From positions 82,460,001-82,524,000 of the forward strand of contig OX597818.1 of the NCBI GenBank assembly GCA_951406725.2: a stretch of DNA of 64,000 nucleotides, given 5' to 3'. Each line of letters starts with the position of its first letter. The stretch's first letter is position 1. The notes below the pieces were generated by a model. It had not been told where the DNA came from. It saw nothing but the letters and a program-made list of their open reading frames with translations, and made no database searches. This document shows positions 1 through 14,250 of this stretch, piece after piece. This stretch comes from Octopus vulgaris (taxonomy: Eukaryota). The position numbers and the translations under genes were made by a program.

Positions 1-684
1 TCACTACTCCGTCCTGGTCCCAGAAGACTGTGAGCATGACCTTGCCAGCAGAGGGCTGCACCCTTGCCTCCTTTGGAGGAGGTGAGTCACGGTGCTTCCA
101 CTGCATTGACTGGGCTTTGGTCTCTGGATCATAGTGATGGACCCAGGTTTCATCCTGTGTAATAAGTCTTTTGAAAAAGTTTGACTCATCTTGGTACGTC
201 TCCAAATTCATCCTCGAGCACTCGACGCGTTCTTGCTTCTGGAAAGGTGTGAGGAACCTGGGAATCCATCTGGCAGACACCTTTTGCATATGCAAATGGT
301 CATGAATGATAGTTTCCACTGACCCGGTACTAATCTTGACCTCATGGGCTATTTGGTGAATAGTTATGCGTCGAGCTTCCAAAATGGCAGCCTCAACTTG
401 ACGGACAGATACCTCATCAATGGCAGAAGGGGGTCGACCAGATCTGGGAGCTGTTTCCACAGAGTTCCAACCATGTTTGAATTCATGATGCCAGCGTTTT
501 ACAAGGTCATATGATGGGGCATCATCACCATAAGTTACTTTCATTTCATCAAAAGTCTCCCATGGTGTGCGTCCTTTCAAATACAAAAACCGGATCACTG
601 CTCGACACTCAACAGGCTCCAAAATTTCAACTAGATCAAACACCTGGAAGTGGGTCAGAGGCATTACTTATTGAACGTCCCTCG
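1..684 (-). mobile_element. Mariner (DD34D family) copy, cut by the window edge; same family as 9163-10452
   Basis: TIR GGCATTACTTATTGAACGTCCCTCG ends at 684, followed by TA. The reverse complement is closely similar to 9163-9950 (ARWIPR and ITQDETW motifs). A ~100-bp 5' deletion removes the ATG. Confidence 0.93.
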
Positions 685-777
685 TACATACATACATACA
701 TACATACATACATACATAAATACATACATACATACATACATACATACATACATACATACATACATACATACATACAT

Positions 778-890
778 AAAAAATTACCCTGTTGTTGATG
801 TTGAAATTCCAATGAAAATCCCTGGATCTAGGTTAGAAACCGGGTCTTTTCCCATCGGCAAGCAGTTTTTCAAATAAAACTGAATAGATA
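778..890 (+). mobile_element. 3' terminal fragment of an RLE non-LTR retrotransposon (family of 23817-24490)
   Basis: gttgatgttgaaattcc...ggatctaggttagaaaccgg...aaataaaactgaata matches the reverse complement of 23822-23915. Preceded by (TACA)n. Confidence 0.7.
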
Positions 891-932
891 TATTATTAAG
901 GGAATTGATCACTAGGTGCTTGATGATATCGA

Positions 933-1050
<118 letters not shown>

Positions 1051-1052
1051 GA

Positions 1053-1083
<31 letters not shown>

Positions 1084-1330
1084 TTTGTGTGAGTATATCT
1101 TTTAAATTTCTTTACGGGAAACCTGTTGAATATGCACTTAAAACTCCTACGGACGACACATAATAATCAAAACAATAATATTTGGATGGAATTTAAGAAC
1201 ATTTAATACATCGCTACGCCCGTTTCCACAAATCACATGTCTCTCAAGAGGATAGCTCGTATTCCTGGCATGATCACAGTATAATCCCTAGAAGTTTTAC
1301 GAGCATATTCAAGCAATTATAACATGTATA

Positions 1331-1984
1331 CAGTGTGCGGTGAATAATTTGCCGTCTAAACTACCCTGAACGAAAAATAACACTGACATCTCATTTTAAC
1401 AGATATGTTTACCAATATTACAAAAAAATATCTTGAAATACTAAAGTATAAATATATTCAATAAAATCGCCATTGACTTCAAACACGGCCTCCAGAGTAC
1501 GATTGTTAAATTGTCGCAATTTTATATTTTAATTTTCGTACATGCGCATTGTCTCCTTTTGATTTTATTTACTACACATTATAGTAGGGTCAGTTGGGCA
1601 CCGTCTGTGAGGGAAAAATCAGCACCATGACGCAATTCACTCTGCCAAAAGTTTAGAAACGACATCACACCTAACTCTCCAGACTGCAACCCCCTTGATT
1701 ATTGTGTGAGGTGCATTTGAGCGAGAGGCAAACAAAACACCTTGTTACACCAAAGATAAACTGAGGGCTAGAATTATGAGAGCACAGACAAAGAGACCGT
1801 CCAGAAGAGTTGCAGGAGATTCTGAAGTCACTGGAACCAATGGTGATTTTTATGGAATAAATTTACCCATTAGTATTTCAAGATATTTTAATGTAATTTG
1901 TGTAAATATATCTGTTAAAATGAGATATTAGTGTTATTTTCATTTTAGTGTAATTTAGACGACACTTTATTTACAGCACCCCAC
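1331..1984 (+). mobile_element. Tc1/mariner deletion derivative with long (~160 bp) inverted repeats, maT/DD37D-like
   Basis: TA-CAG start. 1331-1490 is an imperfect inverted repeat of 1835-1984. The internal remnant at ~1670-1790 reads PNSPDCNPLDY...EREANKTPCYTKDKLRARIM. Confidence 0.75.
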
Positions 1985-2719
1985 ATATATACGAACACTA
2001 TATATTCTTATGAACCATACTAGCTAAATAATCAATACCATCAAGTGTCGGGTGATCAATTCCCTTAATATCCGAAAAACAGTTTGTAAAGTCTTTGGTG
2101 GGTTTTATCCGCACCTTATAAAAATAATTATTTAATACAATTATAAATTAATATGAAATTTTACCTACAGGATTTTTATTTCACGCTAGCCACTTGATAA
2201 AATCATTAACGCGATTTTATACTTAATTTTATAAAATATATATTTTTGCTCTTGATGAAATTGCATTCGCTGCGAGATTATTTTAATAACAAATGAACGT
2301 GGCTGAAATGAAAAAAAAAAAAAAAGACTTTTACTAGTGTATACATGTAAATTTATGTATATGGCTGTTCAGATATGTTGTTTTTATGGGTATATATAGA
2401 TATTTTCATCGATGTACTTTTGCATATCGTACTAATGACTGCAGGGGTTTTTTATAACGCTAAGCTGGAAATCGATTTACAATAAACTATTATTTTCGAG
2501 TAATCTTACTCATTTTTTCAACTGCCCGCTTACAATTCGTATCAATGGAGTATAGATGTGATTCTTAGATCCATTTGGCGTCTATTTCTTCTGTGTTGGC
2601 GGGGGGAGTCATCCGCACCCTTTAATATAATTATTTTATGTAATTATAAATTGGTATATAATATTACCTAAAAGCCACTTCAAAAATCATTAAAACGCTT
2701 TTATCCTTAATCTTATAAT

Positions 2720-2871
2720 ACATATATGTATACATACATACATACATACAACAACCATCCATCCATACATACATACATATATACATATATACATATATAT
2801 ATATTTATGTATATATGTCTATATATATGTAAATATACATATGTATATATATATATATATTTATGTATGTG

Positions 2872-2954
<83 letters not shown>

Positions 2955-3150
2955 GCATATATATGTATATATGTATATATATATATGCATATATATGTAT
3001 ATATGTATATATAAATATGTATATATATATGTATATATATATATATATGTGTGTATACGCATGTATATATATATATATATGTATGTATGTGCGTGTGCTC
3101 GTGAATGCATGTGTGTGCCAGGTGTGTGTGTGTTTGTGTGTGTATGCGTG
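2720..3150. repeat. Compound (TACA)/(TA)/(TG) microsatellite
   Basis: Read directly from the sequence. Confidence 0.95.
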
Positions 3151-3439
3151 TATATCTGTGTTTTGTCCGTTCGTACCTCACCATGACATAACCGGTTCTG
3201 GTGCGTTTACGGCCCCGTAACTTAACAGATCGAATAAAGCATACATTACAATAACTATCAGACTTTTTTAAAGTAAGAACTGACGTCACTTTGTTCGCTT
3301 AAATACTTGCAGACTGTTCCCTGCCATGGACGCCATTTATTGATTGAAACAAATGAAAAATAAAATGTAAATTCAACGACGTAATTGAAACAAAGACTGC
3401 ATACATAAACAAGATTCTTAAACATGGAATCCAATATCT

Positions 3440-4010
3440 GAATATTTTTTTTATCATTTTTTTTTGCTTTACTCATTGGACTGTGGCTATGCTGGGGTAC
3501 CACATTTTATCATGGTGATTATTCTATCAGTCACTTTTTGCTGAAATGCTAAGTGACTGTGAGATATACACACCAACACTGGTTGTCAAGCGGAAGTGGT
3601 GGGCAAACAGAGACACACAAACACGCACGCACAAACACATATTTGTACTCACACAGACACACCCACACGCGCGCACACGCACACACACACATATATATAT
3701 ATATATATACACATTGAGAGAGAGAGTGAGATAGATAGATACATAGATACATAGAAATGCATATATATAAATATATATACACACATATATATACGCATAC
3801 ACACACAAACACGCACATACACAGACACACACACACACACATATATGACGGTCGACTTTCAGTTTCTGTCTACCAAATACACTCACAAGGATTTGGTTAG
3901 CCCATGGCTACAGTAGAAGCCCCTTCCCCAAGTTGCCATGCAATGGGAGGGAGCTCGGGAATCATTTGTTTGGGAAGCAAGCTTCTTCCTACATTGTCAT
4001 GCCTGCGCCT
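3440..4010 (-). mobile_element. tRNA-derived SINE family A (CORE-like head, internal microsatellite, conserved tail), degenerate
   Basis: Reverse complement of the head (gcgcagg...cttggg...agacagaaactgaaag) and tail (cgcttgacaacc...cttagc) seen at 21478 and 37057. Confidence 0.7.
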
Positions 4011-4630
4011 GTATTCATTATATAGAGATTTTAAATAAATATTTCAGTTTAAAGAAAGGCAACCACTCTACATATACACATCTATCCTCACACAACCATC
4101 TGTCAACAACACAAATATACGTTTTAGTGAAAATATTCATGAGCTTCAAAATAATAAGAGCTTCAAAAAACTTGAAATATACATTGCTCAACATCAAAGG
4201 AAAAGAATCTACATAAGACGACACTTTCTCGATGGCTTAGACCATAAGACATGAGGAAATCAGAGAAGCGTTCGAACATAAAACGAAAAATCCTTCAAGA
4301 GAGTTTTGGCGAAATGTTATTTGGTTTTTGATGATATTTTTCGTATATCTAGTCATTTTTAATTCAAGATATATATGCGTGTATGTGTATGTATATTCTT
4401 CACACAAACACACGCATACACACATATATGTATATACATATATATACATTCATATATATATATTTATATATATATACGTATATGTATGTATGTATATATA
4501 TATATACGTATACAAATATGTATATATATATAAACATATATATAACGTATATATACGTATATATGTATATGTATGTATATATATTCATATATATATATGT
4601 ATATATACGTATATATACATATATACATAC

Positions 4631-4664
<34 letters not shown>

Positions 4665-5059
4665 GATGACAGCCGCATCGGTGAAACGTGTAAAAGAATA
4701 AAGGAAGATATACATACATGAAATAAAATGTGTGTATGTTTATACGAAGCAAGTTATAGGCCAATGTTGCAATAAAGCTTTGAATTATATATAGTATCTA
4801 CTCATACCTTTTTGTGGAGTTTGTCAACATAGGCTATATGATATTTTCTTATAATTTCCTCAAAGAAACCCAAAGAAACCCTTTTCCTTATTTTAATACC
4901 TGGAATTGAATTATAACCTGGAAAGTACACTTAGCAAATTGAATTGCTTAATTTTTTTCTTTTCCACATAACTGAGTTTTTTTTCCTTTTTCTGAAGGAA
5001 AATTCCATTTGCCAATAAACTTCCTGAATGCAACCAAATAAATGCTGGATTATTATAAA

Positions 5060-5225
5060 CAAGTATTACTTATCAAATGACGAGTATCGTTGGAAGAATG
5101 CTTTTACCACCTTTGGTCGTATACGAAATACGTTACACAAGAAGAATATTATTCAAGAAATACGCTATATATACAATATTTACAACGTAACCATTATCAA
5201 ATTTCTTCGTGTTTACTTGGAATGA
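5060..5225 (+). mobile_element. Possible ancient RTE-type LINE thumb-domain remnant
   Basis: RWKNAFTTFGRIRNTLHKKNIIQEIRYIYNIYNV resembles the RTE 'RI.KA..AFG.L...W...I...K..Y...V' region. Judged by eye only. Confidence 0.3.
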
Positions 5226-6656
5226 TGAAATAAAAACGTATCTTCTACAGAAAAAATGTAATTTTCTGTCATTTACCACATCTTCCTAATCTCTTCCTCC
5301 TTTTCTTTTCCGTCTGTTTCTGTGATTCTTTCTTCTCACCTCTGCATTTGTGTGTTTTTTTTACCTTTGATATTGGCTACCAAGCTTAGTATGTGAATTC
5401 GTTTTGCAATCTCATGTTGATGCCTTCTGTATATCTCTTTTACAGTCGGCCACACTCTCTTTACATACATATGCAATGCAAATGGTGACTGGAGATATCA
5501 AGCATCCAACCAAGAAGTCAACATTTATATTATCAATTTGTAAATAAATATTCCAGCATTCCGTATGAACGACGGTGGGATAGCATTTTGAAGAGTAGTA
5601 CATTCTCTCATGAAAATCTCCAAAACTCCCGATTGAAACTCTGAGTGCTATTTCTTCAGTCTAGAGAACCCTTGAAAATCGTAAAACACCAGCCACTTAT
5701 GCGGAAAAATATCAAGAACAAAATGTCAGCTGCGAACAATGAAGAGATAAAATGTTAAACGATGAGAACAATTTCTTTTATTTTGAAAGTTCAAAGAATT
5801 ATGCCCTTCTCGACGATCAAAGCTTCGAAGAGATGCCCCGCCAAATTTTTTAAATAACTTACATTCCACAAAGCTCTACAAGGAAAATACCCTGCATACG
5901 AACAGACGATTAATATGAGGGTGTATACCCATGAATAAACCTTCACTATAATATCAAATATTGACACAAAGTGTCTTTTGGAAGCATGTCGGTTGCAAAA
6001 CATCACATATTTAAGGCTATGCGTTTAGAAATGAACTGTTCTTTTAAAACCTGTTAGAAAGATAATATTTACGGAGAGCCACATCACAACATACGCCTTC
6101 TCTACCGAGATTAAAAATTTGCATAATCATCGATGCACTTCCTGATGCCATTGTGTGTTTAAGTAGCAATCTCGAATAGTTGGTGTTTTCAGTTAAACAA
6201 AATAATCAGCTAACACGCACTTTGCATATTTAATCAGGAAGGTAAACATTGAAACGTATGCAAGAATTTTCTAAAATTCAACATGTATTTCTTTATTGAT
6301 GTTGTTATCGAAATAACAGCAACGGAGCTTTGTTTCTCTGTTAAATACAAAAACCAACGGATAAGAATTATTCAAGTAATTTCAAACACAAAGGTTACGT
6401 GCCTGCATATATGCATATAGGCATGCATACAAGCATACAACTGCACGCACACGCAGACACATACATATATATATATACAAAGAAAAGCATTTATGCAGGT
6501 GCATATATACACATATGCATACACACACGCTTACATACACACGCATACATATATATACATGCAAATACACGTACATACACGTAAATAATTTCAATGCTTT
6601 TCTATTTAATAAAAATAAATATATTCACGCAATGGCATATGTGCATATGTTGAACA

Positions 6657-6701
<45 letters not shown>

Positions 6702-6847
6702 ATAAAGCACATATAATCACACATGTGTATTAAACAGACATGGGCGGACATTACGTGAATACAAGTATGTACACACATACTCCTACATATATACACAAGC
6801 ATTACTTCACTCACATATGCACACACTTCTGGAGCTCTCTTAATTTG

Positions 6848-6879
6848 TTAGAGACCAGCGTGTATTTTGTTAAGAAGCA
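6848..6879 (-). CDS. Candidate terminal coding exon of a minus-strand host gene ((M)LLNKIHAGL*)
   Basis: Strong acceptor ttttttcag. Phase 1 is compatible with the exon at 8763-8960. The segment is very short. Confidence 0.25.
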
Positions 6880-7351
6880 CTGAAAAAATCTCAAGAACAT
6901 TAAGCATATAAATATATATATATATATATGTGCATGTATACACACTCAATAATAATAATTTGAGCACTTTGTTCGTAAATGCCGAAGCGACAATGTGAAA
7001 AGGCTTGGCTTTTCATAAAGATAAATCAGGTATTTAACGCATACATTACAAATAAAATCTGTAAGCAGAAAAATAAAAATGTGCAAGAACTTGCTCATGT
7101 TCACAGTGTGACTATTTTTATTCTCTACATACCAACAATGTCGCTTTTTATCGTTTTTAAAAACCAGTTCCATTTTACAGAAATAATTTAAATAAAACTG
7201 AAAGAAACTTAAAAACATATATAGAGGCAAGCATTTACACCATATCCATTCATACGTATATATGCGCATATACACATAGATGTAAATTAGTTTTCGTTTA
7301 CATAGGAGTGCTACTGTTTTGGAAAATCGGACAAACAAATTTAAGAAATAT

Positions 7352-7745
7352 GCGCAGGAATGGCTCTATGGCAAGTAGCTTGCTTCCCATGCATGTTTCC
7401 GGGTTCAGTCCCACTGTGTGGTATCTTGGGAAAGTGTCTTCTACTTTAGCCTCAGAATGAATAAAGCTTTTTGAGTGCATCTGTTAGAGAGAAAACGAAA
7501 CGTGCCCGTCATATCTATATATACACACATATGTGTGTGCATGTATGTATGTATATATATATATCGTTGCATTTCATCGGTTACAACGACGAGGGTTCTA
7601 GTTGATCCGATAAACGGAAAAGCCTGCTCGAAAAGTAACGATAGAATAAGTACTAAGCTTGAAAATAAGTATTGTGGTCGATTTGTTCAACTAAATCCCT
7701 CTCAATTTTTTGCCCCAATCAAATGACTGAAACAAATAAAAGGAT
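7352..7745 (+). mobile_element. SINE family A head joined to a related SINE tail
   Basis: gcgcaggaatggct...gggttcagtccc (B-box-like)...cttgggaaagtgtctt; ends gactgaaacaaataaaag. Confidence 0.7.
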
Positions 7746-7982
7746 AACATAATTAAGAATGAACACTGACACAAATACCCCGCATACATACACATGCATA
7801 TATATACACACATGCATATATATACACATACATACATACATTTATATACACATACATAGATTTATACATACATATACACACATATATATGCACGCGTATC
7901 TTCTAGGGATCTTGGCATATTTCTAAGGAAGAAGTGTTTGTCAAACACTTTGCTATTTAATGGATATACATATATATGTAGC

Positions 7983-8350
7983 TGGTAAGTTGCTTGCTTA
8001 CGAACCACATGGTTCCTGGTTCAGTCCCACTGCGTGATACCTTAGGCGACTGTCTTCTACTATAGCCTCGGGCCGGCCAAAGCCTTTTGAGTGGACTTGG
8101 CAGTCGGAAACTGAAGAAGCCCATCGTATATATGTATGTGTGTATATATGCTTATGTGTCTGTGTTTGTTCCCCAACATCGCTTGACAACCGATGCTGGT
8201 GTGTTTACGTCCCCGTAACTTAGCGATTCGGGATGAGAGACCGATACAATAAGTACAAAGAATAAGTCCTTGGGTTGATTTGCTCGACTAGAGGCGATGC
8301 TCCAGCATGACCACAGTCAAATGACTATAACAAGTAAAATAGTAAAAGAG

Positions 8351-8352
<2 letters not shown>
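7983..8352 (+). mobile_element. SINE family A
   Basis: tggtaagttgcttg...ggttcagtccc...ccttaggcgactgtcttc, short internal microsatellite, tail cgcttgacaaccgatgctgg...aaatgact...aaaagag, then (TA)n. Confidence 0.85.
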
Positions 8353-8439
<87 letters not shown>

Positions 8440-8442
<3 letters not shown>

Positions 8443-8700
8443 TGGTAGGGCAGCGGACTCGCGGTCGTAGGATCGCGGTTTCGATTCCCAGCCCGGGCGT
8501 TGTGAGTGTTTATTGAGCGAAAACACCTAAAATCTCCACGAGTCTCCAGCAGGGGGGTGGTGATCCCTGCTGTACTCTTTCACCACTCTTTCTTTCACTC
8601 TTTCTTCTGTTGGCCTGCTCGCTTAGCCAGCGGGGTGGCGTCATTCGAAGGCTAAAACAACTACACCTGATGAACTGGTCGGTCACGTGATCACGTGATA
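8440..8700 (+). mobile_element. tRNA-derived SINE family C
   Basis: tRNA-like head (agtggtagggcagcggactcgcggtcg...ggtttcgattccc). The tail ctggtcggtcacgtga also occurs inverted at ~28975-29048. Confidence 0.75.
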
Positions 8701-8762
8701 TACATTGTAATTTCGGACCATAAATTAAAGTATATGATCTGCTCTCAAAATACAAGACCCAC

Positions 8763-8960
8763 TTGACATAGGGTAAATGAAATAGAAGGCAGAAGAGGAA
8801 ATCCAGGACATATAGGATGTCGCTTGAGCACGATGGCGTTTGAATTCTCGTAGCGTAACTATAAAATTTAGAGCCTGCAGTTGTCTTGTCGTAATAAATA
8901 TTTGGATGACCTTCTTAAACGGCGAACGTTTGATCAAAGAAAGACAAATTGACGTAAAAC
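8763..8960 (-). CDS. Candidate internal coding exon (198 nt, phase 1-1) of an unidentified minus-strand gene
   Basis: Acceptor ttcatatag|, donor |gtgggt. Open frame xFTSICLSLIKRSPFKKVIQIFITTRQLQALNFIVTLREFKRHRAQATSYMSWISSSAFYFIYPMS in non-repetitive sequence. Confidence 0.5.
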
Positions 8961-9162
8961 CTATATGAATATTAAAAGGTTAATTCTTTTCGTAACATAC
9001 GCCTTACTGAAAGAGTGACTGATCAAAATAAACTTTAAAAAGCGAGTCAGGAATAGATAGGATTGCATGCTTGCAAATAGTCATCCATCCATCCATCCAT
9101 CCATCCATCCATACATACATACATACATAAATACATACCTACAAATATAATTCATAAATATA

Positions 9163-10452
9163 CGAGGGACGTTCAATAAGTAATGCCTCTGACACACTTG
9201 CAGTTGTTTGATCTAGCTGAAAGTTTGCATGTGCAATCATTAATATCTCTACAGAGTAAGTGGCAAATTACAGCTCTGAATTAATTGTGGTTTCTGATTT
9301 ACAGGTGTTTGAACCGAGTCAAGTGTGAAATGGAGCCTGTTGAGTGTCGAGCAGTGATCCGGTTTTTGTATTTGAAAGGACGCACACCACGGGAAACTTT
9401 TCATGAAATGAAAGTAACTTATGGTGATGATGCCCCATCATATGACCTTGTAAAACGCTGGCATCGTGAATTCAAACATGGTCGGAACTCTGTGGAAACA
9501 GCTCCCAGATCTGGTTGCCCCTTCTGCCATTGATGAGGCATCTGTCCGTCAAGTTGAGGCTGCCATTTTGGAAGATCGACGCATAATTATTCGCCAAATA
9601 GCCCATGAGGTCAAGATTAGTACCGGGTCTGTGGAAACTATCATTCATGACCATTTGCATATGCAAAAGGTGTCTGCCAGATGGATTCCCAGGTTGCTCA
9701 CGCCTTTCCAGAAGCAAGAACGCGTCGAGTGCTCGAGGGTGAATTTGGAGATGTGCCAAGAAGATGAGTCAAAATTTTTCAAAAGACTGATTACACAGGA
9801 TGAAACCTGGGTCCATCACAATGATCCAGAGACCAAAGCCCAGTCAATGCAGTGGAAGCACCGTGACTCACCTCCTCCAAAGAAGGGAAGGGTGCAGCCC
9901 TCCGCTGGCAAGGTCATGCTCACAGTCTTCTGGGACCAGGACGGAGTAGTGATGACAGATTTCCTGGCAAAGGGTACCACAATTACAGGAGCCTATTATG
10001 CTTCACTTTTGAGGAAATTAAGAGAAGCTATCAAAATCAAGAGGCGGAGCAAGATCAGCGAAGGCATCCTCCACCTGCAGGACAACACTCCGGTCCACAA
10101 CTCGCGTGTCGCCAGATCAGAAGCACAGGCATATGGCTATGAACTCCTCCCCCATCCCCCTACTTTCCTGACCTTGCACCCTCTGATTTTCACCTCTTCC
10201 CAGCCATGAAGTTGTTTTTGGAAGGAAAGCGTTTCCCAGATGATGCAGCCTTGATTTCTGAAGTCACGTTCAGGTTGGAGGACCAAGCTGGGGTCTTCTA
10301 CAAAAACGGTCTCCAGAGCTGCATCAAACAATGGGAGAAATGCGTAACTCTGGGTGGTTCCTATGTAAAAAAAGACTAATAACTGTGCCAAGTTTCGTTG
10401 CTCTACTGCTATGGGAAGTGGATCAGGGGCATTACTTATTGAACGCCCCTCG
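9163..10452 (+). mobile_element. Full-length mariner transposon (1290 bp), DD34D
   Basis: TA at 9161-9162 and 10453-10454. TIR CGAGGGACGTTCAATAAGTAATGCC and its reverse complement with 1 mismatch. Internal transposase present. Confidence 0.97.
9330..10379 (+). pseudogene. Mariner transposase with two -1 frameshifts
   Basis: ATG at 9330 (MEPVECRAVIRFL...), HTH region, ARWIPRLL, ITQDETW, LQDN, HPPY(F)PDLAPSDF after frame repair, 34 residues between D2 and D3, TAA at 10377-10379. Frameshifts near 9516 and 10160. Confidence 0.93.
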
Positions 10453-10809
10453 TATGCATTTATACATACGTATGTACATCTATGGCTATCGATATCAGTT
10501 TGAACGCTAATATCAATGCGTGCTTGTACACCTACAGAAACACACACGCACACACACGTGCACAAATACGCACAAACACACTCAAACACATACACTATAC
10601 ACTCATATGTAGCGCCAGAAAGTTTGCTTTAATATACATGGCGTATTTTATAAATATGCCTGTTCAACCATCACAATAGCATGAAACTATATGATTCTTT
10701 AATTTGTTTCATTTTTAAATCTGTAGCCATGCAGGAGCATCACATATACATACATGCATATATGCATACATACATACACACACATATACACACACGCATA
10801 TATATATAT

Positions 10810-11110
10810 AAAGGGAAAGTTTACGAAAATAGACAAAAGACAAAGGCAGGTGGAGTACAAACAAACAAATGTATTAGTATAGCGCTCAGGAATAGAAATA
10901 GAAAAGGTATTTTACGTTTCGAGCCTACGCTCTTCGACAGAAAGATACACAGAAAAAAAAAACAAGGAGAAAACAAAATGCGTGTAGGAGCTAACAATCT
11001 ATCATGGCGTCCTGACTTCGGACAGTGGTCAGACGCGAGAGGGACAACAGGGGAGATAACAGGGTCAAGTGACTTCCAATACGAAGGTGCCTCCAACACA
11101 AAGGTGCGTC
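10810..11110 (-). mobile_element. Penelope-like pseudo-LTR fragment with a minimal hammerhead motif, beside (TA)n
   Basis: Reverse complement of 10908-10946 reads CTGTCGA-A-GAGC-GTAG-GCTC-GAAAC-GTA. Flank resembles the elements at 39941, 52833 and 56622. Confidence 0.6.
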
Positions 11111-11499
11111 TGTGTATAAGAGAGTATGTATGTGCATGTGAAAGAGGGCTGGTGGTCTGGACGTTTGGTGTGTGTGTATGTATGTGTGGGTGTAGACTTA
11201 CTACATATATTTACAGTTGGTCAGTGCGACGGGAATATATATTACGTAGAGAAGCACAAACTCACGTATGAGATAAAAACAGACATAAACTACACATTCA
11301 CACAAATATACTCAACGACAATCTATTCATACGTTACAAGAAAAGTCCATGGATAGACAAATCTGGATCACAACAGACCATACAGGTGAGAAAGACGGTA
11401 ACACACATAGCAAGAAATGCGTCTGTACTTGTATGTATATGTGCAAACATCCATACGTGCTCACATGCATACTTACAAACATACATACATACAAACATA

Positions 11500-11543
<44 letters not shown>

Positions 11544-11556
11544 GAGAAAGAGAAAG

Positions 11557-11639
<83 letters not shown>

Positions 11640-11640
11640 C

Positions 11641-12035
11641 TGTCTGGTAAGTAACTTCCTTACCAACCAATTGTTCTGGGTTCAGTGCCACTGCGTATCC
11701 CCTTGGGCAAATGTCTTCTACTATAGCTTCGGACTGACCAAAGCCTTGTGAGTAGATTTGGTAGAAGGAAACTGAAAGAAGCCGTCGTACGTATGTAATG
11801 TATGTATGTATGCATGTATGTATAAATATATATGTACATATGTATATACATATATACATATATATATATGTATATATACATAGTTATGCGTGTATGTATA
11901 TTTTTGTGTATCTGTGTTTGTCCTTCCAACATCGCTTGACAACCGATGCTGGTGTGCTTACGTCCCCGTCACTTAGCGGTTCGGCAACAGAGTCGATAGA
12001 TTAAGTACTATACATACAAAAGAATAAAAGAAAGT
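11641..12035 (+). mobile_element. SINE family A
   Basis: Head ccttgggcaaatgtcttc, internal (TATG/TA) tract, tail cgcttgacaaccgatgctgg...cttagcggttcggc. Confidence 0.85.
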
Positions 12036-12109
12036 ATATATACATATATATATACACACACACACATATATATGCACGCAGACACACAGGCATACAAACA
12101 CACACGCAC

Positions 12110-12177
<68 letters not shown>

Positions 12178-12484
12178 GTACGTATTTATGTATGTGTACA
12201 TACATGCATACATGAATAGTAAACATTTTTAGCCAGACACATAAACTATAACATAAGTAAATGCTCAAAAAACACACACGTGCATATACTCTCTTTCTCT
12301 CCCTCTCGCTCTCTCTCTGTCACTCACTCTCTCTCTGTCACTCGCTCTCTTTCACGTACGCACTTAACACACAGACATACCTTTACGTGTGAATGTACAC
12401 GTGTTTACGTGTACACAAGTGTAGGCGTGCATTGTGCGTGTAGTTGTATACGCGTGTATAAATATATATTTGTGTCTAGACATA

Positions 12485-12521
<37 letters not shown>

Positions 12522-12650
12522 GTATGTATGTATAAATGAATGTATGTATGTATGTATCTATCTATATCTATCTCTATATATATATAAATATATATATAAA
12601 AATATATTATTACATACACACACTCATACACACACAGACATATATATATA

Positions 12651-12699
<49 letters not shown>

Positions 12700-12771
12700 A
12701 TACATACATATATATATAGTAGATATATATACAGATATGCATTCTATATATGATAAATATATATATATATC

Positions 12772-12818
<47 letters not shown>

Positions 12819-12988
12819 ATATGTAGAAAATATACATATATATATATATATGGACGCACATAGCTATATGTGTACATATATATGTATATGTATATATACA
12901 CACAGGTGCGCACAGACTGACACAGACACACACGCATACAAACACCTGTTAGCACACATACAAGCCACAAACTACCTTCTCGCTTGCA

Positions 12989-13046
<58 letters not shown>

Positions 13047-13424
13047 CACACATTTCAAAACCAGCACAAAACCCAAACACTCGGCACGTCGTCTCCACGT
13101 CTACATTAAAGAAAAAAAAAAGACAAGCAATTTCCACACACACACGTACACACATACACACACACACACACCAACAATCACACATATATATATATATGTA
13201 TAAATCTATATACATTGACACAGACGTGACACGCTAAGCACACCACGTACTAAAACATCGTACAACATCAACAACAACGACAGACTTCTCACGCCGCTCA
13301 CAAACAGTTAAAAGTGCAATATAGCTATTCCTAAAAAGCTTTTCAATGTTGCAGATATTTATGTATTTTCTAAGAATTACTGTTTTTGTTTTTTGTTCTT
13401 CTTCTTACTTTTATACTTTGATTT

Positions 13425-13456
13425 TCGAATTATTATTATTATCATTATTATTATTA

Positions 13457-13533
<77 letters not shown>

Positions 13534-13560
13534 TTTATTTTATTATTATTGTTGTTGTTG

Positions 13561-13596
<36 letters not shown>

Positions 13597-13836
13597 TTAT
13601 GGTTGTTTTTATTCTTGTTGTTGCTATTATTATTGTTGCGGTTATTGTCATTGTTTTGTATCCTCATTATTTTTGTTGTTATGTATATTATTGTTGTGCA
13701 ACAATATTATCGTCATCGTCGTTTTCATCATCATCATCATCATCATCGTCATCATCATCATTATAATCATCACAATGATCATAATTGTAATTATTATTAT
13801 TATATTATTCTTGTTCTCGTTCTTCTTCTTCTTGTG

Positions 13837-13904
<68 letters not shown>

Positions 13905-14250
13905 CATTATTGTTATTATTATTATTAATATTATTATTATTACTATTAATATTATTATTATTATTATTATTATTATTGTTATTATTATGTTACTACAGAT
14001 TTTATCATTGTTATTATTAATATTCTTCTTGTTCTTGTTATTGTTGTTGTTCTTAGTATTGTTTTCATATCCACTTTTTGAAATTTTTTATCTTTGTTAT
14101 TTATTTTTCCTTTTGTATTTAAATTTCATTTCGTTTTACTTCTTATAGTAGGAATGTTGTTAAACTTGTTGTTGTTGTTGCTGCTGTTTCTGCAGCTGTT
14201 GTCGTTGTTGTTATTTTCGCTGATTATATAGCTATTATATTTTATTATAT
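13425..14250. repeat. (ATT)n/(GTT)n/(CAT)n trinucleotide low-complexity tract
   Basis: Read directly from the sequence. Confidence 0.95.

Noticed and set aside
13050-13135. Strong minus-strand acceptor followed by VETTCRVFGFCAG
   Set aside because: No credible donor before the (TG)n tract, so it cannot be supported as an exon.
13346-14148. Hydrophobic poly-Ile/Leu 'membrane protein' ORFs
   Set aside because: (ATT)n microsatellite.
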